From positions 1,392-41,391 of the forward strand of contig CAWCTL010000005.1 in NCBI GenBank assembly GCA_963798575.1: a stretch of 40,000 nt of DNA, read 5' to 3'. The translations under genes were made by a program, and so were the position numbers. The DNA is from an uncultured Alphaproteobacteria bacterium (GTDB lineage: Bacteria > Pseudomonadota > Alphaproteobacteria > Rhizobiales > Rhodomicrobiaceae). Position 1 is the first letter of the stretch. Each line of letters begins with the position of its first letter. The notes below the pieces were generated by a model. It did no database searches, had not been told where the DNA came from, and worked only from the letters and a program-made list of their open reading frames with translations. Shown here piece by piece: positions 17,964-26,689 of the stretch.

Positions 17964-17978
17964 TTATCGTGAGCTAAA
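17964..17978. repeat. 15-bp direct repeat TTATCGTGAGCTAAA (left end of nested element)
   Basis: Exact copy of 23506-23520. Lies 68 bp beyond the SNF2 stop codon. Part of the inverted repeat GCTCACG-N14-CGTGAGC. Confidence 0.5.
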
Positions 17979-18045
17979 AAATGACCAGACAGGAGGACAG
18001 CGAGGCATCGACGAAAGGAAGGGCTCCTGGGAGCCATGCCCGACA

Positions 18046-21000
18046 TTATCCTGACGCAGACCAGGAATTATTCGTCCGTCGGCCGATGGCAAGGCGACCG
18101 ATGATAGCTCTATCCAGGACAGAAAAAACAAAACCGATGTGGCGAGTGCGAAGGCCGAGGAGCTTTTTCTGTTGGGCGCAGATCGCGAGTTGTTGGCCAT
18201 CGGGTGATGCTTGAACGCTTTCCACGGTGCATCTTGAGTCGCTAGCCGCCGAAATGCGGCATTCGAGGTCGCTCCAAAGCTCTCGCCGATCCGAAGCGCG
18301 ACGAGTGCCATTGAGCATCTCAGCGAGGGGCAAGAGCCTGAAGGGTAGCTGGCGGGTCACGAAGGAGTAGTGGATCTGAAGCCCAGTAAGCTCGCAAGCC
18401 CGGATGTCGTCGGGATGGGCATCTCGACCGCTCCAGGCGCAGGGCAGGGCCTCTGACTTTGTACAGAACTTTCCCAGGTCGGACCTGAGGGCCTCGTCTT
18501 CAAGACAGCGCAAGCTTGATCGGCTGCTCGTTACGAAAAACTGCTTGAGAGCTTTTCGGCCGCTGACCGAGGAGGCTTCCAACTCGGAGGGGACAACCCG
18601 CCGCCGGGATACGACGCACTCTTGGAGAAGGCCCGGGAAAACGGCCACACCCGTGACAGCGCACTGTTCGGCTTCGCTAGCCAGAAGAACGCGCCCAGTG
18701 ACGCCACATGTGATGAATTCCGATATATGACCCGTTCGGCCGGAGACTTCTGACCGCCTAACCTGGTCGGCGCGGAAGCGCTTGCCTGACACTTCGCTGA
18801 CGGCAAGCTCTGGAAGAAGAGCGTTAGCATTGGTGAAGGCACAGCGGGCGAAGTGCTCAGGCTCCGCCTTGCGACCACTCAACGAAGATATCTTGAGCAG
18901 CGACCGCAGGACGAGGTTGCCCGTAACCGCCGAGGGCTCAACTTCTGTTGACAGCACACGCTTGCCGCTCAGGCCGCAGACGGTCATGTACTCCGGAAGG
19001 GCGTAGCGATCGGAGGCAGCTGACCTAACGAGAAGGTGGCGGAGGACGCGCATGCCGGAGACGGCGCATTCGCCCATGGCATCGATCGGAGCGCCGGTGC
19101 CCGATTTCGCGCACGTGGCAAAGGCAGGAGCCTCGGCGATCTGGGAGGCTGACGGCACCACACGGATGGCGGAGCTGGATTCAGTTTGACCATCGAACGT
19201 GTAAGTGACGCGGTTATCCAGGATGCGATGGACGGTGCCGCGAAGCCCAGTGACGGTCGTTTGCAAGCGGGGTGTGAAGTCATCCTCCAGCTTCTTGCTC
19301 ATGCGCAGATCGTTGCCTGCAGCGTGGACCTCTTCCGCCCTTCGCTCCGTGTAGAACCGGCAGAACTCCGCAATTCCCGGATCGAGCATAACGCTGCGTG
19401 TCAAGCGATCGAGTGAGACACCAACTTTTTCGGGGAACTCGACGACGGGGGGCAGGGGATCGAGCGCGGCCACGCCGTCTGCTACCTGGTGATCGGCGCT
19501 GGAGCAGTCGACAGGGATCAGGCGCTCATAACTATCGTGGGCAACGGTTGCTCTCACCTGGACCAACGCCTGCCCTTCGAAAGCGCGCGTGACCTTCACC
19601 AGCTTTGTCGATCGGAGCGTGCCGCCAAAGGACTTCACCCAGTCGGCGCATAGGGCCTGAGCGCGTTGTTGCGGATTGGCGTCGGCGTCGCGAACGTCAT
19701 GCACGCCGGATTGGGTAACACGGGTGATGAGCTGGTCAAATGCCTGAGAGCCGGGTGCATAGAGGATGGAGCGTGCCTCGGGGTCCGGCTCCTCCGAGAA
19801 GCGGATCCGGTCGACCCGGCCATCGAGGTCACACAGAAACGTGTCAGGTGACTGCTCAGAGAGGTTGGCTCCCAACACCTGCAGTCCGGCCAGAACGAAG
19901 TCGCGCGCCGTCATGGAGCGCGTTTGAGGCGGCAAGTCGGGGCTACGGGGGCCCTTGAAGGCCGCACCATCCATCGCGCCGAGCATCTCGTTGATGGTGT
20001 TCTCCTCGGCATCGAGGGTCCGTCGTGCGCGGTCGATACTGTCCCTAGCTGCTTGTGTCGCTGCATCGACGTCTTTTCCCTCCAAAGAGGAGAGCACGAG
20101 ACGGAGAATTTCATCTTCGAAGCTTTGGGCACGTCCCTCCTCACCGTCTCCCATACCCGAAGCTTGGAGGAGAGATTCGATGTCGCCGATGGCGTGGGAA
20201 GCCATCTGCAGCTTCTCCATCAAGCGCCCAACGATGTAGTCCTCGAATGTGCCGGACAGCGTGACGCTGTAGACAAGGACACTGGCGTGGTCCGATCCAA
20301 GGCGCTGGATGCGTCCGATACGCTGTTCGACAATCATCGGATTCCACGGCAGGTCGTAATTGACCAGCACGTTAGCGGCCTGGAGGTTGACACCTTCGGA
20401 GCCCGCTTCCGTGGAGACGATGACGTTGAGCTTCGGCGGCGGAGCCTTGAAGGCGGCGATGGTCGCTTGGTTCTTGCCGGTCGTTTCGCCGTTGATAATG
20501 CCGACTGGAACACCCAAAGATTCCAAATAGGCCTGAATAGTCGTCTGCGTCTCTCGACGTTGCGTAAAAACGACCATCCGCCAATTTTGCGGGTTTTCGC
20601 GTTTCAGCTTGTCGACCAATGTGGCGAGCCCTTGGAGCTTCGCGCTCATCTTCATGCTTTTGACGACGGCCCGGAACTCGCCGGCTACTCCGGCCGGAAA
20701 GGTGCCTTTCTTCGCCATGTTCTCGAGCTGGAGCGCGCACGCATCGGGGCTGCTCGTCAGTGCCTGTAGAATGCTAATCTGGGCCAATCGATTGAGCTTT
20801 TGGATCGGTTTCGCGATGAGCTTATGCAGCGCCCATTCCTCTGGTGTGGGTGTGACACCCTGCCGAAAGACCTCGCGTTTGGGGAAATGCAGTTGGGCGT
20901 CGGCACGGCGAACGCGCGACATGTACCCATAGACGATCGACCGAAATTGATTCTTAGCCTCGACCTTGAGTTGTCGCGCCTGCGTGCGGTTGTCGGCAAT

Positions 21001-21747
21001 GAAGTTTCGGGCGAACATGCCCTCGCTGCCGAAAGGGTTTTGATGGCCACGGGCGACTGTGAGCAGGTCAACCAAGGAATAGAGATCCCAGAGCCGATTC
21101 TGGATCGGCGTCGCCGTCAGCATGAGGACGAACTTAAATGTGCGTTCGGCTAGAACTTCGCGGAAGCGGACAGCCACCTGAGGTGGGTTTGGAACACCAT
21201 GCAAGTTCCGGAGCTTATGGGCCTCGTCGAGTATTAGCATCTGGAAGCGATCGCGTGGTAGCCGGTTGATGTACACGCGAGCCGAGTGGTAAGTCGTGAT
21301 GACGGCGCCCACGTCGCCATCAGGGTCAGCGTCGAGGAGCTTCTTGCCTGGGGCCACAAGAGCAGGAATGTTGAACTTGGTCTCCAACTCCTCCTTCCAC
21401 TGCGGACCTAAGAGCTTAGGCGCGACGATGATAATCCTGTTCAGTCGGCGCCTGGAGATGAGTTCGCTTGCGATCAATCCAGCGCTGATCGTCTTGCCGA
21501 GGCCAACGTCGTCAGCAAGCAGCGTGACGGGAAGGCGACGGCAGAAGGTTATGAGGTTATTTACTTGGTGCTGGAAAGGCTTAACACGGTCGTTCCAGCG
21601 CACCTCTGACTTAAGGTCCTGGCGATTGTTGATGATGATCGGATCAACGAGACCCCACTCCAAGCCCGCGCAATACACGTCGAACTCGGCGGGATTTTTC
21701 AACCGGCGGAGCGGCTTGGTCTGCACCTGGTGTGGCTGTGAGGGCAT
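18046..21747 (-). CDS. SNF2-family helicase with a large C-terminal extension ending in 17 x 15-aa repeats
   Basis: Helicase motifs LADDVGLGKT, ILDEAH, LMLTATP and QRIGRIQRLG. The ATG at 21747 is preferred over the TTG at 21765. Residues ~885-1138 carry periodic [C/S]-x-[V/L]-[S/T]-G repeats. Confidence 0.9.
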   Translation of the reverse strand: MPSQPHQVQTKPLRRLKNPAEFDVYCAGLEWGLVDPIIINNRQDLKSEVRWNDRVKPFQHQVNNLITFCRRLPVTLLADDVGLGKTISAGLIASELISRRRLNRIIIVAPKLLGPQWKEELETKFNIPALVAPGKKLLDADPDGDVGAVITTYHSARVYINRLPRDRFQMLILDEAHKLRNLHGVPNPPQVAVRFREVLAERTFKFVLMLTATPIQNRLWDLYSLVDLLTVARGHQNPFGSEGMFARNFIADNRTQARQLKVEAKNQFRSIVYGYMSRVRRADAQLHFPKREVFRQGVTPTPEEWALHKLIAKPIQKLNRLAQISILQALTSSPDACALQLENMAKKGTFPAGVAGEFRAVVKSMKMSAKLQGLATLVDKLKRENPQNWRMVVFTQRRETQTTIQAYLESLGVPVGIINGETTGKNQATIAAFKAPPPKLNVIVSTEAGSEGVNLQAANVLVNYDLPWNPMIVEQRIGRIQRLGSDHASVLVYSVTLSGTFEDYIVGRLMEKLQMASHAIGDIESLLQASGMGDGEEGRAQSFEDEILRLVLSSLEGKDVDAATQAARDSIDRARRTLDAEENTINEMLGAMDGAAFKGPRSPDLPPQTRSMTARDFVLAGLQVLGANLSEQSPDTFLCDLDGRVDRIRFSEEPDPEARSILYAPGSQAFDQLITRVTQSGVHDVRDADANPQQRAQALCADWVKSFGGTLRSTKLVKVTRAFEGQALVQVRATVAHDSYERLIPVDCSSADHQVADGVAALDPLPPVVEFPEKVGVSLDRLTRSVMLDPGIAEFCRFYTERRAEEVHAAGNDLRMSKKLEDDFTPRLQTTVTGLRGTVHRILDNRVTYTFDGQTESSSAIRVVPSASQIAEAPAFATCAKSGTGAPIDAMGECAVSGMRVLRHLLVRSAASDRYALPEYMTVCGLSGKRVLSTEVEPSAVTGNLVLRSLLKISSLSGRKAEPEHFARCAFTNANALLPELAVSEVSGKRFRADQVRRSEVSGRTGHISEFITCGVTGRVLLASEAEQCAVTGVAVFPGLLQECVVSRRRVVPSELEASSVSGRKALKQFFVTSSRSSLRCLEDEALRSDLGKFCTKSEALPCAWSGRDAHPDDIRACELTGLQIHYSFVTRQLPFRLLPLAEMLNGTRRASDRRELWSDLECRISAASDSRCTVESVQASPDGQQLAICAQQKKLLGLRTRHIGFVFSVLDRAIIGRLAIGRRTNNSWSASG

Positions 21748-21775
21748 TTTGCGGGACAGCGGCAATCAAATGAAA

Positions 21776-21797
21776 AACATAGACCTGAACATAGACC
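21776..21797 (-). promoter_or_regulatory. Tandem 10-bp repeats upstream of the SNF2 gene
   Basis: AACATAGACC at 21776-21785 and 21788-21797 (GGTCTATGTT on the coding strand), about 30-50 nt upstream of the start. Palindrome TTGAC-TTCA-GTCAA at 21873-21886. Confidence 0.3.
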
Positions 21798-21976
21798 GCG
21801 CCCCACGAACAGAGGCACGCCTGCCGGAGGGGAACCAGCAGGATACTATAGCTGAGCCCCACGCTGTGGTCATTGACTTCAGTCAAGCCAGTGTCAACGG
21901 TGGCCTGTCGCCGCAATACACGCTCACGCGTGAAAAGCGGCCCCTACGGAAGCGTTCACCGCGCCATATGTCAGGG

Positions 21977-22378
21977 TTAGTCCTTTTTGACGAGCTTAAC
22001 CAATGCTGGCGCCGCTTTTCTCTTCTCGGTTCGCAAAGGCACTTCGCTAAAGTCCGCGTCAAGCGGCTCGGAAGCAATCGGCTTCCGGCGCCTAAACAGG
22101 CCCGAAAATGACTGGAGCGAGGTGCCGACGATAGCGTCTTTATTTGTTTCAAGGTAGGCTATTGTTGCACGAACCTGGCCGATGAAATCTTCGCGGAGAA
22201 TTTCGCCCAAGATGTCAGATTGCACTTTCAAATGACGCCATTTGCCTGTCCAAGCTCCGGGGAGTTTGTTTATCCAACGGTTCGCCACCCTCGACTCGCA
22301 AGAATAGAAGTTCCTTGCCTGAGCATCTTGAAGCGCGGCCTTCAGGGCCGCAATCACCGCATCAACATCTTTTGCCAT
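21977..22378 (-). CDS. Hypothetical 133-aa protein
   Basis: Starts 6 nt after the recombinase stop, so it is probably in the same operon. No recognisable domain. Confidence 0.65.
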   Translation of the reverse strand: MAKDVDAVIAALKAALQDAQARNFYSCESRVANRWINKLPGAWTGKWRHLKVQSDILGEILREDFIGQVRATIAYLETNKDAIVGTSLQSFSGLFRRRKPIASEPLDADFSEVPLRTEKRKAAPALVKLVKKD

Positions 22379-22384
22379 GTCGAC

Positions 22385-23350
22385 TTACCCTAAAATGCTG
22401 TCGAGCGCCTGCGCAACCTGGCCCGCATGATCGGCCCGGTTGTCATCGTATCGGCGCACCGTATCAAGTGACGCATGCCGGGAGAAGGCTCGCGTCTTCC
22501 TATAGTCACCGTTGAAGGCATCGAGTGCGGCGGTGATTGCCGTATGCCTCAAGCCGTGAGGCCTGGCACTGACGCCAGCGGCGGCGCCGAGCTGGCTGCG
22601 AATGATGTGATAAATGCCGGAGCCGGAAAGGCGCTCGCCATGCGTGTTGCGGTCCATGGCAATAAACAGCGGCGCCGCGCGGTCATCGGTGCCGCGAACG
22701 GCGAGCCACGCCGCAAGGGCGGTTTTCACATTCGAGGGAAGCGTCATAGGCTCGCGCTCTGTCCTGCCCTTGCCGAGCACGGAAAGCGTTCCGGCTGCTA
22801 AATCGAGGTGGCCAATATTCAGGCTCTCGATCTCGCCGCGGCGAAGGCCGAGACCGTAGGCAATCCGGATAATGGCCGCGTCACGGGCCGCCTTCTCCGG
22901 GCTCTGCTCATTTGCCGCCGCGAGCATGTTTTGCACGCCCCGCACGCCCGGGCCTTTCGTGTCGCGGTAAGCCCTGGACTTCACGCCCTTAGCTTCGAGC
23001 CGGAGAATGGTGATTCCGTGCCGCCTCGCGCTCGCTACAAGGCTGTTGAGCGCGGACATGCTCCGGTTGATGCTGGCAGGAGAAAGGCCGCCTTCGAGCT
23101 TCCTCGCCCGCCACGCATCGGCGACTGCGTGCGCTTGGCCATCATCGAGCGCGAGGAAATGCGCTACCGCCTCGGCAACGTTGTCTCGGCCGGCGAAGGT
23201 AGCGAAAGCGGTGATCTCCCGACGGTACGCCCGGCACGTATTTTCGCTGGGGAAGCCAGCAAGCCAGAGGTCGAGCGCACTGCGCACCTTCTCGGTCATC
23301 GCGGCTGCGACGGCGATCTGGCGCCGTGGCGATTTGGTGATAGCGTTCAT
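22385..23350 (-). CDS. Tyrosine recombinase, XerC/XerD-like
   Basis: N-terminal SAM-like domain (TCRAYRREITAFATF). Catalytic region has LGLRRGEI, HGLRHTAIT and RRYD. Confidence 0.9.
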   Translation of the reverse strand: MNAITKSPRRQIAVAAAMTEKVRSALDLWLAGFPSENTCRAYRREITAFATFAGRDNVAEAVAHFLALDDGQAHAVADAWRARKLEGGLSPASINRSMSALNSLVASARRHGITILRLEAKGVKSRAYRDTKGPGVRGVQNMLAAANEQSPEKAARDAAIIRIAYGLGLRRGEIESLNIGHLDLAAGTLSVLGKGRTEREPMTLPSNVKTALAAWLAVRGTDDRAAPLFIAMDRNTHGERLSGSGIYHIIRSQLGAAAGVSARPHGLRHTAITAALDAFNGDYRKTRAFSRHASLDTVRRYDDNRADHAGQVAQALDSILG

Positions 23351-23505
23351 TTCGGCTCGCTCCTCGCTCGCCCCAGGTGGCCCCGCTGCTCCCGCTTTTC
23401 CCTAAGGTGGCTTGGACTGCCAGCGAGGGCTAACCGTGGAGGTGTGAACTGGGAAAATCCCTTTTCACGCCCTTAACGTAATCTACTCGGTTACGCATGT
23501 CAACG

Positions 23506-23520
23506 TTATCGTGAGCTAAA
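23506..23520. repeat. 15-bp direct repeat TTATCGTGAGCTAAA (right end of nested element)
   Basis: Exact copy of 17964-17978. Lies 155 bp upstream of the recombinase start and 38 bp upstream of the HTH gene at 23559. Confidence 0.5.
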
Positions 23521-23558
23521 TATTGCTTTTCATTTAGCGATAGGTTACACGCCATCAT

Positions 23559-23807
23559 ATGGAAAGAATGACGCCGGAAGAATTCGAAGCGATTTGCAGA
23601 CGCCTTAGGCTGTCACGCCGCGACTTTGGCCGCCGCTTCGGAACCGGCCCGAACCAGGCGCAGCGATATGCTGACGGAAGCGTCAAAATCCCCGGCCCGA
23701 CCGCAATCCTTCTCCGTATTCTCGACCGCCTGCCCGAGCTCATGAGCATGGTCCCGGACGCGGCGGCGAAACGCAGGCGGAAGGGGGAAGCGCCGTGTGA
23801 AGAATAG
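23559..23807 (+). CDS. Small HTH regulator (Cro-like position)
   Basis: MTPEEFEAICRRLRLSRRDFGRRFGTGPNQAQRYADGSVKIPGPTAILLRIL. The antisense ORF 23555..23968 was judged spurious. Confidence 0.6.
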   Translation: MERMTPEEFEAICRRLRLSRRDFGRRFGTGPNQAQRYADGSVKIPGPTAILLRILDRLPELMSMVPDAAAKRRRKGEAPCEE

Positions 23808-23877
23808 GGCACCTGGTGCCCTAAGCTGGCGTCTTCGAGGGCGAGGAACTTGGCAACAGCCTTGGAAAAGCGAGACG

Positions 23878-24021
23878 TTACGCACCTCGCTGTGGCGTCG
23901 ATGGTTCCGGCTCCGGAGAGTCCGGCATCTCCATCACGCTCATTACATCCGAGCGCCCAACCAGCCAATCCACGCTCACGTCGAGTTAGTCTGCGATCTG
24001 AGCGAGCGGTAAATACTTTTC
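23878..24021 (-). pseudogene. Remnant of an XRE-type regulator C-terminus
   Basis: LAQIAD-TAA-LDVSVDWLVGRSDVMSVMEMPD is homologous to the 17572-17946 remnant through the shared S(I/V)DWL(L/V)GR(R/S)DVM. It carries an in-frame stop and has no N-terminal part. Confidence 0.25.
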
Positions 24022-24088
24022 TTATTGCGGCTTTTCCCCCTTGAGGCTAAATAGGTGGTATTAGTTATCATGAAGCTTCCAGAGACAA

Positions 24089-24400
24089 ATGAGCACTAAA
24101 TCTATGAGGATCGCCACCGTTTCCGGCGCAGAGCCAGGAGAGCGGGGGCGCGTAAAGGACCCCTCGAAAGACAGGCGTTTTGCAACGAATAGGGAAGGCT
24201 CTACGGGTCAAGGCAAGGTCATAAATCCAGAGCAGGACAAGCGTCTCGCGGCAAACCGTTCGGGCCCAACCGGCCAAGGTGAGGTGCGCGACCCAAACCG
24301 TGACCGCCGTCTGTCCCGTAACCGGCAAGGGCCAACCGGCCAGGGTAAGGTTAAGGACCCAGCTCGCGATAAGCGCCTCTCCTCCAACCGTTCCACGTAG
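24089..24400 (+). CDS. Hydrophilic tandem-repeat protein (22-aa repeats)
   Basis: KDPSKDRRFATNREGSTGQGKV / INPEQDKRLAANRSGPTGQGEV / RDPNRDRRLSRNRQGPTGQGKV / KDPARDKRLSSNRST. A hairpin follows the stop codon. Confidence 0.6.
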   Translation: MSTKSMRIATVSGAEPGERGRVKDPSKDRRFATNREGSTGQGKVINPEQDKRLAANRSGPTGQGEVRDPNRDRRLSRNRQGPTGQGKVKDPARDKRLSSNRST

Positions 24401-24784
24401 CAGCGCAGAGCCCCCGGGGCTGTGGCGCTAAGTGGTCTTCCTCATCGCTGGCACCTCAACACTGCGTGCCACACATTCGCGCAGCGTTGCGGGCAGACGT
24501 GCCTGGGGAGCCGCGTATCTTGCCAAGACGTTTACACGCTAAGGCCGCAGGCGAGCATGAGGCGGAGGGTTCGCAAACTTGCGAAGGCTCATGTGTGCCG
24601 GGAAGCGTCGTAGATGGATGGTGCTGCAATTCGGCAACAGACGGCGTTTTTGTCCCGCCGCCGCTAGTGTTCCGCTACGAGTTGCGTGGCGAGCGCAATC
24701 TCCTCTGTGGGTACGTTTGAGGGTACACTTGCGCCTTTCTGAATATTTTATCGGGTAATCAATGCCTTAGAAGCCATCGTGGAA

Positions 24785-24800
24785 CCTCTTCTGGGCACCA
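24785..24800. repeat. att-type repeat: second copy of the tRNA-Leu 3' end
   Basis: CCTCTTCTGGGCACCA is identical to 8751-8766. An integrase gene starts 88 bp downstream. Confidence 0.8.
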
Positions 24801-24887
24801 TCATAATTTCTCCCCATTGACATTGCATAGCATTCTGATCTGCAAAGCGTTTTCGCCTCCTTCCTGGTACACACGGGAGGCGCACAC

Positions 24888-26504
24888 ATGGTCCTTAGAA
24901 TGTCCCGCCCTTGGAGGCACCCCCGAACCGGCACGTGGTATCTCAGAGAGCGCATTCCCCGCGATACTATCGAGAAGGCGAGAGGCCGCGTTGTTCACTT
25001 CCCGCCTGAGGCTGGCGGCTCCAAGGTCACGGTAGGCAAGGAGCACGTCAAAGCCTCGCTCCGCACCAAAGAAGTGAGGGAGGCAAAGGACAGGCACGCG
25101 GCGGCTTTGGCGCATCTCAAGCGCTTCTGGGATACGGTACGGAAGGGGCCGCAACCTCTTACGCACAGACAGGTTACCGCCTTAGCCGGGGAGACTTACA
25201 GGGCCTTCGCCAAGGGCTTTGAGGATGACCCCCTGTCTCCGCAACATTGGCGGCAAGTGGCCGAAGCGAACGAGGCCGCGAACCAAGGGGGGTTCGGCGT
25301 GGCCCCCCTCATGATCCTGGACAGCGAGAAGCAACGGCGAGCCGTCGCGATGGAACTGCGCTTTGGGAAGCTTGCGGACGGCGTTCTAGCGGCTCGCGGC
25401 GTAGTCATTGACCACGATAGCAGAGGACGGCTCCTGGACGCGCTACGCGATGCCCTCAATCAAGCCGCAGAGAAACTTGAGCGGAACGCAAAAGGGGATT
25501 ACCGGGCGGACCCGGACGCAGAGCGTTTCCCCAAATGGGAACCTAAGAAGGACGCAAAGGCCGGGCTAGGGCATAGGCGGCGACTAAGCGCGGTGTTTGA
25601 GGCATGGGCACTGGAGGCGGCGGCGTTAGGGCGCTCCGAAAAGACCGTGAAGGAATACCGCTCCTTAATCCAACGCTTCATCGCCTTTTTGGGGCATGAC
25701 GATGCGGCTAAGGTCACTCAGGCGGACATTGTGGGATGGAAGGCTAAGCGCTTAGCCGAAAAGATTGCGCCCAAGACTGTGAAGGCCGGAGACCTCGCAG
25801 CCTTAAAGTCAGTGTTCAAATGGGCGAACGAGAACGGCCTGATTACTACCAATCCTGCAAAGGATGTTACCCAAAAGCTCGGCAGGAAGCGCCAGGAGAG
25901 GTCTAAGGGGTTTAGTGACCAAGAGGCCGGAGCCGTGCTTAAAGCCGCCCTGGACTACGCTGCGCCGCCCCGCGAGCATCCTAAGACCGCCGCCGCAAGG
26001 CGTTGGGCACCTTGGCTGTGTGCATATACCGGGGCGCGTATCGGGGAGATCTTACAGCTCAGGCGCGGTGACGTTTCTCAAAGGGATGGCGTCTTGGTCA
26101 TGCGGATAACGCCAGAGGCGGGAACCGTGAAAGACAAGAAGTGGCGCGAAGTGCCGTTGCATCCGCATCTTGCTGAGCTTGGCTTTGCGGAGTTCGTTGA
26201 GGGGAGCGCAGAGGGCTACCTTTTTGTCAACTGCCGGGACGCGAACGCAAGGGGGACGATACAGGGCGTCAAGAACCGCGTCTCAGAGTTTGTGCGGGTG
26301 GTCATTCACGATAAGCGCGTGGCTCCGAACCACGCATGGCGGCACCGCTTCAAGACGATAGGCATCGAGGCCGGGATTGCTGAGCGGGTATTGGACGCAA
26401 TTTGTGGGCACGTCCCCCGCACTGTTGGCGAAGCTTACGGGGAGGTCTCATTGCACGCCAAGATACAAGCTATCGGAAAGTTGCCACGCTACACCTTGGC
26501 CTAG
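24888..26504 (+). CDS. int: Tyrosine integrase (538 aa)
   Basis: Catalytic region YTGARIGEIL...HAWRHRFKT...CGH...EAYGE. The N-terminus MSRPWRHPRTGTWYLRERIP is shared with the stub at 34120. Confidence 0.9.
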   Translation: MVLRMSRPWRHPRTGTWYLRERIPRDTIEKARGRVVHFPPEAGGSKVTVGKEHVKASLRTKEVREAKDRHAAALAHLKRFWDTVRKGPQPLTHRQVTALAGETYRAFAKGFEDDPLSPQHWRQVAEANEAANQGGFGVAPLMILDSEKQRRAVAMELRFGKLADGVLAARGVVIDHDSRGRLLDALRDALNQAAEKLERNAKGDYRADPDAERFPKWEPKKDAKAGLGHRRRLSAVFEAWALEAAALGRSEKTVKEYRSLIQRFIAFLGHDDAAKVTQADIVGWKAKRLAEKIAPKTVKAGDLAALKSVFKWANENGLITTNPAKDVTQKLGRKRQERSKGFSDQEAGAVLKAALDYAAPPREHPKTAAARRWAPWLCAYTGARIGEILQLRRGDVSQRDGVLVMRITPEAGTVKDKKWREVPLHPHLAELGFAEFVEGSAEGYLFVNCRDANARGTIQGVKNRVSEFVRVVIHDKRVAPNHAWRHRFKTIGIEAGIAERVLDAICGHVPRTVGEAYGEVSLHAKIQAIGKLPRYTLA

Positions 26505-26541
26505 CTTAATGAGCAGCCGCCGCCCTGAGGCCTTAAGTGCC

Positions 26542-26590
26542 GGGGTATACAGTCCTTACGGTGTGCATTTTGTACAGGGGCGGCGGGCGC
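26542..26590. repeat. ~45-bp imperfect direct repeat, copy A
   Basis: GGGGTATACAGTCCTTACGGTGTGCATTTTGTACAGGGGCGG aligned against 32263-32312 shows about 4 mismatches over about 43 nt. Contains GTGCA-TTT-TGTAC. Lies 38 nt after the integrase stop. Confidence 0.6.
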
Positions 26591-26689
26591 TGGCGACCGC
26601 AGCCATGTTTCTTGATCTAGCGTATAGCTTGACCTGAGCCATCTATCCCGGATTTGATGTGATCCCAGCCCCAATATCGGAGCACCCGC

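Larger units (their letters stand above)
17964..23520. mobile_element. Nested ~5.5-kb recombinase-borne module inside island 1
   Basis: 15-bp direct repeats bracket exactly three co-oriented genes: a XerC/D-like recombinase next to the right repeat, a 133-aa unknown and an SNF2 helicase. The insertion point lies between two divergent regulator genes. Confidence 0.55.

Noticed and set aside
19924-22111. Plus-strand ORFs 19924..20769 (281 aa) and 21296..22111 (271 aa)
   Set aside because: They are antisense to the SNF2 helicase, whose motifs are unambiguous. Their translations have no motifs.
23555-23968. 137-aa minus-strand ORF opposite the small HTH gene
   Set aside because: The plus-strand product has a plausible HTH and a sensible start context. 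The minus-strand frame is Arg/Ser/Gly-rich. Only its far upstream neighbourhood, in a different frame, carries the XRE remnant.
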